Position numbers and translations under genes: made by a program. The notes below the pieces were generated by a model. It saw only the letters and a program-made list of their open reading frames with translations. It had not been told where the DNA came from and searched no databases. From IMG/VR virus record IMGVR_UViG_3300009873_000002, positions 62,001 to 126,000 of that record: 64,000 nucleotides of DNA; one strand, written 5' to 3'. The DNA is from an uncultured virus (IMG/VR IMGVR_UViG_3300009873_000002). Its lineage: Duplodnaviria; Heunggongvirae; Uroviricota; Caudoviricetes. Positions 9,901-17,606 of this stretch are shown here, in pieces (position 1 is the first letter of the stretch; every line of letters begins with the position of its first letter).

Positions 9901-11398
9901 ATGCTGCTTCATCATTGATGTCAGGTAACACAAAACCTTTCCCATTAAGAGAAAGTGTTATAGGGTTTACACCTTTAGGTGCTGTACGATCATAGGTGAT
10001 AAAGAAGAACTTTGTAGGATCTGATTGTAGGAATTGCTTTACGAAAGCAACTTTCTCTTCAGGAAACATTTGACGGTTGTCGATGGTGATAGGACGGGTC
10101 AAGATCTGAGCAATCTTATCAGCTATTTCTTGAGTCATCTCCATACGATCTACCTGGATCGGCCTACTGATTCCCGGGAGAATGATTGAGGCGAACCCTT
10201 TACCTTTCTCACCGGACTTAGGTATATCCATGGCTGCAATCTGATCCAAGCTGATATTAGCACTCTTCATCGAACTTAGAACTCGATCATTGTTAAAGCC
10301 CTTGTTACCGCTCACAATGTTGAGTAAAACAGATCTTCCTGGATTTTGCTCGAGATACTGAGAAACCTCATATAACTGTTTGAACAATTCCTGACGAGCA
10401 TCATCAATCTTCTTGGCACGTTCTTGTGCCTGCTCATCTGTATACTCAGGTAATCCTTCAGATTTACGCTGTATGTTTTCTTTACGTAGAAGATCTTGTG
10501 TACTTACTACATCCGCATATTCAAGCTTGAAGGTGTCACCCTTCTTAACCGGTACCCGCATGAACATGTGAGCCACTTTACCATTACGGTTATAGCTCGG
10601 CATACCATTATCATCAAAGAACACAAACTCACCATATCTGTTACTTACAGCTAAGGCGATCTTAGGCCCCAGAACTTCACTGGTTAATCCAGCAAGCTTG
10701 GGATCTTTCAACTCTGGATACCATGAATTCTCTGGAATCTTATCCAGAGGAACAGCTGTCAAATAGAACCCGGTCTGATCTCCCATGACAAGTTCTGAGA
10801 ACGGAGTCTCATTGTTGCTTTTGAGGTTTAACAGAGAACGAATCACATTGTAGTGAAACGCTTTCTGAGGATCTGGCACATTTTTCATAGCCTCTTGTTC
10901 CTCCGTTAAACCCGCCTGGAAGGGTACGAAATACCCCTCCTGTCCACGGGTAGCAAACGGAGTTATCGGTTTCCCTTTGAAATCAACTTCCTTTGGTGCG
11001 GTAGTATCGATGGGCTTTGGTTGTTTGGAGACTTTAGCGTCCTCCTCGATTATTCGCTGAACTTGCTCAGTTGTTACTGGCGCCACACCAATGTACTTTG
11101 CTACATAATCCAAGTTATTAAACTCAGACTCGAGCGATACTAAGTCGGCAGCCAACGGGGCAAGCATCTGTCGTATAGACAATCGCTGTCCAAACGCAGT
11201 ATTCATATTCTGTGGAAGAAGTGATACGTAATTCAACGCCAGACCATGATCGTTAGTCTTGTCAAAGACTGATTGGTAAAACTCAGATGCATACTTTTTG
11301 AAGTCAAAGGGTTTCTTCGACTCTGCTTTAGTAAGCATGTCCTTGAATACTTTGGCGTACAACTGACGCTCCTGGTCTGGTGATAACGTACAATTCAT
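995..11398 (-). CDS. Virion-packaged RNA polymerase (crAss-like giant RNAP) with N-terminal zincin-like domain
   Basis: 3467 aa. Catalytic GADFDIDKL (~4670-4696) preceded by RIP-x-QG, the signature of phi14:2/crAss vRNAPs. HEAWH + downstream EEYLAE zincin motif at 9215-9229. Confidence 0.92.
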   Translation of the reverse strand: MNCTLSPDQERQLYAKVFKDMLTKAESKKPFDFKKYASEFYQSVFDKTNDHGLALNYVSLLPQNMNTAFGQRLSIRQMLAPLAADLVSLESEFNNLDYVAKYIGVAPVTTEQVQRIIEEDAKVSKQPKPIDTTAPKEVDFKGKPITPFATRGQEGYFVPFQAGLTEEQEAMKNVPDPQKAFHYNVIRSLLNLKSNNETPFSELVMGDQTGFYLTAVPLDKIPENSWYPELKDPKLAGLTSEVLGPKIALAVSNRYGEFVFFDDNGMPSYNRNGKVAHMFMRVPVKKGDTFKLEYADVVSTQDLLRKENIQRKSEGLPEYTDEQAQERAKKIDDARQELFKQLYEVSQYLEQNPGRSVLLNIVSGNKGFNNDRVLSSMKSANISLDQIAAMDIPKSGEKGKGFASIILPGISRPIQVDRMEMTQEIADKIAQILTRPITIDNRQMFPEEKVAFVKQFLQSDPTKFFFITYDRTAPKGVNPITLSLNGKGFVLPDINDEAASAAASEALAKELMTLQKYKDRRGPARMNFDNKLLDFGYYVDYDIKGDKATRIDADYRQFIKDHAKIFAEVNAKGDVVELNAYLTFDIPEQELMKVRGEISNYQASELTTSPEIIKTPVESEETRAEETLEEKQEKELDKHPPLKRKDEGKTPDEILDGLKKIKSIDNTATKEDITRAKQWFESSPLAKHIPFITMFNIVNSDAFAQWTVNGITLFSGSNYTDLYHEAWHGFTQLYLTASQKKEMYDEARKATGTFKTYEGKTVEFATATDLELEEYLAEDFRKYAINAGKSEAKNKPKRRNIFQKILDFLRSLFAGTTLTDVVSQPMQVAKIKDLYDKLYFGTLNEYRASVDNVQFGVLHKGVEPMKEEYQGLSMEDSRLLVDTIDSLFSDIINKQNETKQTNRFTTSLFTSRSNLAVAYTAVHERLKRMYNETLEKAESETDSYTKDRLYANARLLDFAIENFGDINKVLSGKEKTGLVAYHHKKSKYLGVSSKFIELDEASTNDDDLMKGVRIGDKAGNELSLKDMANAETIYLIRSLHKMRKNEKGEYERVYNKLGVPELVDFDKVWNSLVRTLTGAFTPTEMYSRLVAAENIHPEFKEITAKLGAPDNSNYEVDGTPRTVEEFDMETRFWQDFNKPQIPLIQLIIDKKEETLSDDTTVIKYDMRAGEASSEVYRVKSNFRNLFNTDSVEKNPYIKQDTNRMNYLNLDKVLADFTKGGRVLIGKEFDFLKAIGFYLDDKPEIRDVIVQKRSVFGIDYLAESLFKLQQHNRKSGKPYLLSDPVGFLDSDHQSMGINNNSRRVREILNFHTKVSDDYSSFSVMNAENNRQYEHSLNNTLSVMIGAINRAKNFTELINMPYMKHLDPSVNPFIKSSVWMNSIFDFSTPNGDKRDHQGKPVRIKLENLSGVQILVNSQFPDAGIATSRSDRTTKFLSDFHMLILHGRIELMRHASKSTAYDIALDAIRTSGVYSDGLYVPLGSFAPSSTDSNDYLGSSQAFEIIKKYLGAELDRVVEVRSNKSAYKNAAGYNRKLKDGLMAGEVLTAFDDILTDDVKTKLYNMVWNPDTQIKQDFLTEIEKPENADLYVQIREQVKSYFDKMTAENEAIMNENAYYHPEIFRKVNAQVKNLTEPEMVQTALRAFTYNSWIHNMESAINMYGDLALYNHAKEEFHKRNAGMGSTGTLFRTDEAAINYINQSVGRGYEKSLIDSGELKTEGVRTFDGTFNTAVMQDMQTASVYAKEYEEVFRKHFEGIYNNAYGKKNNLSSDQLKKIIDAKTESALAPYMEMKEGDGQGWVTIDSYRIMRKLEGKWSTQQEELYQRILRGNDVGTSDMLTYFPPYKVQHYGPLQNTVKAGGLPIVAFHKFSLYPLIPTVVKGTNLDNLHKKMLNDGIDYALFESGSKVGAVTSNGKADNFYTKNEQGNREVNMSPDFTFTKNVIHLNYLKNQQDIADKFKSKVIFSTQLRKLIIEGLFEQGKPLRPEFLEMAQQYERNIDRLTELKKQELLREAGWVEDKDGNLSGDLEDLIDIIRSEMESRELPDHEIDMIEYDKATGELRYDVSMHYNAEKIEKMLTSIVNNRLIRQKVTGESLVQVATSMFENTGFTAKFTNPTEEQRKKYLGTNDLPTYHKTEQGNSAMKVKVALQGNFEKLLSRREVMELAFQENISTFRALNKLIRDEEWLNKDNNRKLITMVGVRIPVQGLNSMEFMEVYEFLPPSAGNIIVPPSEIVAKSGADFDIDKLSVFMPTLTSEGEYATREFDSVDQIESEIANLSEQLKVNWADVDATIRSIKEARKAERPVKSEQKKALLNALNSAKAMRSQLIEDAKQLVTQLKDTRRMDKELADAAISGYTEDFHRMLNKKSKLLTRIDPELNTIYENLKKVKEDDIERLRQEINKFYSEGGKAAEDFYNMEYNLEQEKRPITERLAKLREQKRMFINTVENDLISDIRSILEMPHNYLSLIRPNDTDIVRPIAVGKADSLDQYVQKYDARLSKTNAPADKGVSASRVLEYGYNLYKHEQNNIGKKTLGMAAVENTYNTLFNRIGAYMMNNYTFKDKKGPQERRVKIMLDHHTFQYNDAEGKPQTGISLSNLYDVNNENKVSDVISQIMNGLVDIEKDAWIANLQGNTELMPVLLFLLKAGVPIRDAAWFVSQPLVLDYVDQQRIAKSTFADPLGKVPRDNEGRIQRTWFRYAAKKAVLNNLRGSNALMEDAPDVFGNKSLYKFTVAVTDKVFGNNPLSKSALDKIVKTKDRTSDEAVAAFLHFLEIEEMMKGISDLKFKTNFDTKKSPDLYNALKRVAEVKSLSESTRIPTELVNKMLDESILGSFFIQDFQLKLWKNILKFRTNDSVTDYLTYKLRDIGTRDDIDRTFGDEEDFVKAFNNDLILSIFQNHIKSFNIGGLKTYKGYGATSEIPVKMVDKLEFGAIVKDGVLYIDKAQLEKDWNSKAYLDTYTEADGYRARKLAPLSPVTFNWRAINTKNEFFHYVAEREYLRSITTLSQYKNTAEYTEDYKYFAELLGAKRPENLSDEDFEKAVNRRAYEEMLKRKALQNIFNLHTVLSHPTDSVAGQFLRMVNKFPDLAKDYTLVANLQVNHDRDLNIYNLMLRDKDLDGTKLNTYYENFNKLKDPSVMKVPDVKENLRISEFFQRLPIYAYMQSGLSKNQYSLTDVVSPEPFLQIMQEPIKKFQEEYLTWSTLDRAAAVSKYGDNIVKMLDTSPEYHMLNNGTAMKKQGDKYMVNPKAWMLDIYYDYFTANNANNNRRLRSRYRDYTINAASSQIAADIVKRDNLTNFSRTNSPGVFTFTPAKKGNDLVKVANSNPNVMFVFRDSWNGMKKGLSDTGTEMNLRKADNATGIRISNETFDGPWGIKTDIAMEKVKTMVEEDLKPIIDAHRKGTYIAFSPFGYGTQLTGMDREIYVYLSKRLYEEFGYINPGSITEPSVREIVNRMQGISQTEIDELIAKCMQ

Positions 11399-11399
11399 A

Positions 11400-14300
11400 T
11401 TACTTACATCCTATGTTGTTAAAGAAATCATCATCTACCTCTTTGGTAGACTTTTGCTCAGCCTCATCTGAAGCTTGCTTAACTGCAGCAGGATCCGCAA
11501 GGAAGCTTTCGTTCTGAGTTTTGTTCTCAGAGGCGATCACTTTCTCCTCTTTAGTCACTGGTGGTTTCTGCTCAATGTATCCCATGTTGTCATTGTATTT
11601 TTCGTAGTCGGAAAGTTTCTTCAAAGATACAACTTTGGCATCAGCTTCCGGTGTGTTCATTTGACGTAAACTCACACTATCTTTGTTGATATCTACAACT
11701 TCAAATAAACGACTGCTAATGTCACCGAGTGTAGTATCTTTTGCCACAAGAATGTTACCCTTCTCAAGGTCCACTTTCTCCACATCTTTTGTCAGAGCAA
11801 TCTCACGTTGCTTGATCATCTCTGCTATAACTTTTGTAGGTACAGCTAGCTGATTACCGGCATGGTAATTCAGTAGTTTCTTGCGTACTGCTTGTAGCTC
11901 TTCTACATTCTTAGCGCCATCAAGCATGGTCTGAATCTCTGATAGAGATACCATCTTCACACCTTTACTTGGTTGTAATGCCTTAGGTTTTTCAACCACA
12001 ACTTCTGGAGCTTTAACTACGGGTACTTTAGCAATAGCTTCCGTAATTATTGTAGAGGCTGATGCTAACTTTTGCTTAGCAGTTGGATCTTGATCCATCA
12101 TTGTTTTGGCAGCAGTTATAACCTCATCGATTGTTTTACCAGGACCTGCGATCATCATACCGGTAGGTCGATGTACAACATAGTAACCACCACGACTAAT
12201 CACAAAGAAGTCGACTTCTTCATAACCCGGGATATCAACTTTCTTACCGAAGATCTTAGTTAATGTACCATCTTCATTATGTAAGTATTGAGTAACCCAT
12301 CCCTTCATAGGAGTCTTGCCACTGGTCTCATCTTTACCCTTAGGTACAAACTTGTCAAGTTGTGACAGATCTTCTGATGGGGCTGGTGTTTCTACAACTT
12401 CTTCTACTACTTCTGTAGTTTCGGCAACTGGTTTACCCTTTCTTGGAATAGCACGCTCTACATCATCGCGATAGTCAAGATCGATAATCAGCTTGGCTGG
12501 TTCCAGTAAGTCTGCAATGTACACCTCAGGTCCTACTTTGGTAAACTCTTTACCAGCAAACTTAGCCTGTTCAGCAGCTATTACATTCTTAGCCGCTTGT
12601 TCAGCTACTGCAGTTTCTTGTCCTCGATTCTGGAACACAGTAGCCATACGCTCAACGTTATCTGAGAGGTAGATCTCGTCAAGTTCTTGAGGAACATCAC
12701 GCATAAACCAGTTCGAAGTAAGAACGATTTTACCTGCAGCTTTCGAAGCCTTGAAGCGATCGCGAATCTCTTTGAGGATATTCTTCTTCTCTTGCGGAGA
12801 AAGCTCTGAATAGTACTCATAAAAGTCGAATCCGGAATCTTGAACAGTACTGTGTTCGATATCCTTATCCTTGAGGAACTGAAATAGTATAGCATCCCCG
12901 TCAACATACTTACCAGACTTATCAGATAAATCTGTCTTACCGATACCTGGTGAACCGTATATGATAGCACCACCTTTACGAGGTTCACCCTTCACTGTCT
13001 GCTTAGCCAGTCTCAGCGATGTAACATTTCCGTTACGGTCGTAAGTAATCTCAAACGGAATAATACCGATATCAGCTACATCAATATCATAGTTGTTATG
13101 TAAGATATTAGAGTATGCTGAAAGCTGTAACTCATGTTTGATTTTGTTTGACTTGGTACTTGTGAGGTCATGGTACTTTTCCCACTTGTCACGTCTCGAT
13201 GTTTTGATATCGAAGATGTAAACTTTACCAGCTTCATCCACAGCGAGCATGTCGACTTCACCGGCAACCTTAGCTTCCGGATCGAATATCACAATGTTTT
13301 CCGTGAGGATATGTAATCCGCGCTTTTGAAACTCTTGTTGCATATTGCGCAGCTCACGAATAAGTTGCACAAAAGCTTCATTGGTCATAGCTTCGGGTTT
13401 GTGTTTATCAGCATCAATGTTACCATCATTGATGAAGAAATCACGCACAACTCGGTCAACTGCATTTCCTGCAGTACGGGAGTCATCGTAAGCTACATCA
13501 TTTATTACATCACGTAATGTATCTAAACTGTTCTCACTTTCTAAAGCAGATTTGATAGCATCATATTTACGGTCATTAAGCTCAGGAAGATTTACCTCTT
13601 TCAACGCATCGATGAACTGATCTATGGTCTTACCGGTACCAACTGTGTTCTCATACACATTCATAGCTTTTGGTAAACCTGGATACATGAAGTCTTCTTT
13701 ACCCGTAAGATCTTTCTCAATAGGATCAATCACACTGGTTACACGTTTGAATGGCTCACCATTTATGATGTAAAACTTCTGATCTTCTGTACGGCCACCA
13801 ATAGATGACTGCATAGCATTGATCTTATCAAGAGTGTTGGCAAGGTTAGCCTGAGTACCTACCTTGGTAGTGATACCTTCCCTCTGAGTAATATAAGCGT
13901 TAAGCTTATCGATATCACCCTGACGGTTATCGCGCATCTCCTGAGAATCTTTCTCTCCGAGTTTTTGACGCTCAACCAAGGTATCCCTTAGAGACTTCAA
14001 TTTGTCAATCGGCATAGTCTCTAACTCACCTTGCTTAATTGTAGCATAAGTTGACAAAACCGGAGCTGTACTTGGAGTCACATCCGGGCGAACCTCTTTA
14101 GCAATCTTCCAGTTAGAAATGATACCACGAGCCTCATTATTCTTTCTCATCCAATTCTGACGCAAATCACCAATCATAGCATCGGTGAAATCATCATTCT
14201 TCTGTTTGTAATCTTCGAGATACTTTTGGAAAGCAGGCTCTAACTGTTTCTGAAGATCTTCAGGAAGCTGATCCCACTTTGAGGAATAAGTAACTTGATC

Positions 14301-17300
14301 AGCGCGTAATTTGATAGCTGCTGTTTCTTCCTTCTCACCTTCTGTAACAACATCACGTTGTTCACCTGGTTTAGTTTCTGTACCGGGTTGCTCAACTTGC
14401 TCTTCAGTTCTTTGTTGAATAATCTGATCACGGATCAATTGCTCATTGATGTTCCAGATCTCTTGAGCCTGTTTGTACTTCTCACTCTCCTTGGGAACTT
14501 CGGTTAGATCTGACACATTCAGGAAACGATCGATAGTAGGTACTTCTTCGACATTGTTCTTCACAGCATCATAGAATGCAGTAAACTGATCAGGGTCTAC
14601 ATATACACCTATCTGAAATAACTTCTTGATAGCTTCGTTGGTCTCGAAGTTTTGAAGTACATTCTTGATACGATCGCGAAGGTCACGAGTTCTGTTATCC
14701 CATAACTCTTTGTGAGTTGCTGCAAATCTACGTGACAAATCCAGAAATGCTTCCGGATTGGACAATGTATTAATATGCTTAGCAAGGTTCTTGGTTTCAT
14801 CCTGCAAGAAGTAGTAATCTCTCAACTTGTCAAACGATGAATCAACACTTTCATCAAATACATAATCATTAGTTGTATCCGCTATAACGCTTAGGTACTT
14901 TTTATACGACCCCTTAACCTTGTCGAACTGCTCCATTCTCATCTGGTTCAATCGATCGTAATTCTTTTGAGGGCGTACATTCTTCTTCAATATACGTCTC
15001 TTACCATCAATGATGTAATGAGTATCGGTTTCGTTAGTAACTACACCTGCACCCTTTTTACCTGATGTGATATTCACAGTAGATCCAACTCCTATTTTCC
15101 CAGCTTGTACTTCAGCGATACCAGCTTGTACACCGGCTTCAGTAATAGCAGCACCTTGTAGATCTTCTAAGAAACTGCGAAGAGCTGTCATCTTAGCTTT
15201 CTTCTGTGAAGCCAACTTCTTTTGAAGCGGATCACCTTGACTCAATGCTTCTACTTCCTTATTTAAAATGTCGATCTCATTAACAATTGACTCAGGTGAG
15301 AATAATACATTAACATCTGACATTGATGCATTCTTTACAGCCTTATCACGAGATAAGTCCTGCATGATTGCATCCATACGTTGTAAGTTTCGCTCAAGGG
15401 AGAATTGAGAAAATACAAAGGCCTTCTTAGCCTCTTCCCATCCTTGTCTAGCAATAACAGATGCAGCATAAGCCTCACTACCGTATTTATGGTTAGATGG
15501 TGTAAATGGTTGACCATATCTTGATTCCACTTTCTCGTACAGATTCTTGATCTTCTCAGCTCGGTTTATAGCTTGATCAAGTTTCTCATGTAACCCCTCA
15601 GGTGATTCGGACCCTACGGCTTGTTGCAGCTCTTCTGGAGAAAGCTGCTTCATGTCTTTGAGGCGATCTACAAACATGTCGTATTTTCCCATACGCAATG
15701 CGGTATGCACACCATCAAAGATACTCTCGTCTTTTTTATCCTGGAAAGTTTTCTGATCACCAGTTTGTTCGGCCGCATTAAGATCGGCAGTTATATTCGT
15801 TTGCTTGCTCATGGATGACATCTCAGGAGCAAAGTATTTATCTACGTTCTTGTAAACCTCATTAAGGCGATCAACAGTTTCTTGTGTCTCTTTCTCCTTA
15901 CGTGATTGGTATTCTTGATACTGCTCACGATTGTAGAGTTGTTCACCTTTGCGATATAACCAGAATGGAACGGATTGTACTGGTTGTACCATACCTCCCA
16001 TGAGGAATCCGCTCATGAATGTTTCTAACCCTTGTGCACTGAACTGCTTTGATGCATTGTTCATCAAATGCCCATAGAAGGTTTCATAGTTACCACGAAC
16101 TTCGTTATGATATAGATCAGAGTAGTAATCCTTAGCGGCTCCTGCAATTGCTTCCTGCATGTTCTCTTGAAGACCTTCCGCTAGGTTAGCTTTAAGGTAA
16201 CCCAATCCAGCACCTTTGTAAGTTTTCAGCTTACCAAGACTCTTTACTTTATTGCGGAAGTTGTTCTCTACAACACTGAAGAATTTATTAGGATCACCTG
16301 CTGTACCGGTTTTGCTAAACTCAATACGACTACCTAAATCATCAACTACATTATCCATGTTTTTACCCAAACTCTTGAATCCACGAAACACTGTTTCAAA
16401 CACGAATTTGTTGGTATACATAATAGCTGGGAGGTTACCAAGAATTGTGGTACCTGCAGCATCGCGAGACATCTGGTGAATACGAGTCAAGTCTTCACCT
16501 TCGGGATCCTTGCCATTCTTCTCCCGGTACTCTTCGGTAAGTCGTTTAACCATCTCAAGCTGTACACTACCTCCTTCAAGTTTCGCTTCTGATAAAGCAA
16601 GATTGATATCGCGAACATCACGATAAAACTGACCGAAGTTGTGACTTACTCGAGCGAAATCGGAAGCGTGATCGATCTGGTTCACCCCTCTAAGAACATC
16701 CGTGGTTCTTTCAAGAGGATTAAGAATACGACCACCTGCTTTTATGGTGTTATAAAACGCACGGGCGCCATTGACGTTCCGCATGTTTTTCATCATCTTC
16801 AATGTATTGGAGAAAATCTTACTGGCACCACGAATCTTGTTGAATGCGTTAGCGCCACGAGCGGCCATAGCTGGTATTGTAAGCTCCGCAGCTCCTCCTC
16901 CAGATAATGCTGTTAAACCTGCAAGAGCTAACTCTTCTGTTACAAGCTCTGCAGCTATACCTATGGTATAACCTGATTGTAGGTACTGATTAATAAACCA
17001 TCCACCAAGACCTTCCTTGGAGGAGCCTCCGATCGCCATAGCACGTTCCATAGCTCTGGCACCTTTAAGGTCCGGAGCACCCGGTTCACCACTGAATATA
17101 TCACCAAATGAATTCCATGCTGAAGAGAAACCGGTTCCAACCATTGACCACCATTGAGGACTCGCTCTTGAGAACTCGTCACCAAAAGTTTGATGTTTGT
17201 TGTATAACTCCTCATTATCCCAAAAAGGAGAAAACCCAAGCTCATTGAACTTAGGACTCTGGTAATATCTTTGGAAGTTGAACTTGTCATAGTCTGATCC

Positions 17301-17597
17301 GAATGAATACACTTGCCCAATCTTATAAGGATTGTTAGCACTTATCGGATACTGTGACATTTTCTGGCGAACAGCTTTTACATAATCACTGTTATCCAGC
17401 ATCAATTTCGCACGAGCATCTCCTGGATTAGGACCCTTGATAGGATCTCCAGTAAGCTCTTTATTTATGTTGATGTAATCAGGCTGCGGATTAAAAGAAG
17501 GCATGCGTGTAGTCAAAGCTTCACGGCTGATCTGATCGATAGCATCATACTGCTTCTGTAGCTCCGATCTTTCGTCATTAGGGTTATCTATCGGCAT
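11400..17597 (-). CDS. Large ejected/cargo virion protein with PD-(D/E)xK nuclease and P-loop kinase-like domains
   Basis: 2065 aa directly upstream of vRNAP. N-terminal Gly/Ala hydrophobic segments. AGEVDMLAVDEAGKVYIFDIKT...QLSAY nuclease motif. IIYGSPGIGKT Walker A. Confidence 0.75.
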   Translation of the reverse strand: MPIDNPNDERSELQKQYDAIDQISREALTTRMPSFNPQPDYININKELTGDPIKGPNPGDARAKLMLDNSDYVKAVRQKMSQYPISANNPYKIGQVYSFGSDYDKFNFQRYYQSPKFNELGFSPFWDNEELYNKHQTFGDEFSRASPQWWSMVGTGFSSAWNSFGDIFSGEPGAPDLKGARAMERAMAIGGSSKEGLGGWFINQYLQSGYTIGIAAELVTEELALAGLTALSGGGAAELTIPAMAARGANAFNKIRGASKIFSNTLKMMKNMRNVNGARAFYNTIKAGGRILNPLERTTDVLRGVNQIDHASDFARVSHNFGQFYRDVRDINLALSEAKLEGGSVQLEMVKRLTEEYREKNGKDPEGEDLTRIHQMSRDAAGTTILGNLPAIMYTNKFVFETVFRGFKSLGKNMDNVVDDLGSRIEFSKTGTAGDPNKFFSVVENNFRNKVKSLGKLKTYKGAGLGYLKANLAEGLQENMQEAIAGAAKDYYSDLYHNEVRGNYETFYGHLMNNASKQFSAQGLETFMSGFLMGGMVQPVQSVPFWLYRKGEQLYNREQYQEYQSRKEKETQETVDRLNEVYKNVDKYFAPEMSSMSKQTNITADLNAAEQTGDQKTFQDKKDESIFDGVHTALRMGKYDMFVDRLKDMKQLSPEELQQAVGSESPEGLHEKLDQAINRAEKIKNLYEKVESRYGQPFTPSNHKYGSEAYAASVIARQGWEEAKKAFVFSQFSLERNLQRMDAIMQDLSRDKAVKNASMSDVNVLFSPESIVNEIDILNKEVEALSQGDPLQKKLASQKKAKMTALRSFLEDLQGAAITEAGVQAGIAEVQAGKIGVGSTVNITSGKKGAGVVTNETDTHYIIDGKRRILKKNVRPQKNYDRLNQMRMEQFDKVKGSYKKYLSVIADTTNDYVFDESVDSSFDKLRDYYFLQDETKNLAKHINTLSNPEAFLDLSRRFAATHKELWDNRTRDLRDRIKNVLQNFETNEAIKKLFQIGVYVDPDQFTAFYDAVKNNVEEVPTIDRFLNVSDLTEVPKESEKYKQAQEIWNINEQLIRDQIIQQRTEEQVEQPGTETKPGEQRDVVTEGEKEETAAIKLRADQVTYSSKWDQLPEDLQKQLEPAFQKYLEDYKQKNDDFTDAMIGDLRQNWMRKNNEARGIISNWKIAKEVRPDVTPSTAPVLSTYATIKQGELETMPIDKLKSLRDTLVERQKLGEKDSQEMRDNRQGDIDKLNAYITQREGITTKVGTQANLANTLDKINAMQSSIGGRTEDQKFYIINGEPFKRVTSVIDPIEKDLTGKEDFMYPGLPKAMNVYENTVGTGKTIDQFIDALKEVNLPELNDRKYDAIKSALESENSLDTLRDVINDVAYDDSRTAGNAVDRVVRDFFINDGNIDADKHKPEAMTNEAFVQLIRELRNMQQEFQKRGLHILTENIVIFDPEAKVAGEVDMLAVDEAGKVYIFDIKTSRRDKWEKYHDLTSTKSNKIKHELQLSAYSNILHNNYDIDVADIGIIPFEITYDRNGNVTSLRLAKQTVKGEPRKGGAIIYGSPGIGKTDLSDKSGKYVDGDAILFQFLKDKDIEHSTVQDSGFDFYEYYSELSPQEKKNILKEIRDRFKASKAAGKIVLTSNWFMRDVPQELDEIYLSDNVERMATVFQNRGQETAVAEQAAKNVIAAEQAKFAGKEFTKVGPEVYIADLLEPAKLIIDLDYRDDVERAIPRKGKPVAETTEVVEEVVETPAPSEDLSQLDKFVPKGKDETSGKTPMKGWVTQYLHNEDGTLTKIFGKKVDIPGYEEVDFFVISRGGYYVVHRPTGMMIAGPGKTIDEVITAAKTMMDQDPTAKQKLASASTIITEAIAKVPVVKAPEVVVEKPKALQPSKGVKMVSLSEIQTMLDGAKNVEELQAVRKKLLNYHAGNQLAVPTKVIAEMIKQREIALTKDVEKVDLEKGNILVAKDTTLGDISSRLFEVVDINKDSVSLRQMNTPEADAKVVSLKKLSDYEKYNDNMGYIEQKPPVTKEEKVIASENKTQNESFLADPAAVKQASDEAEQKSTKEVDDDFFNNIGCK

Positions 17598-17606
17598 AGC
17601 TGCAGG

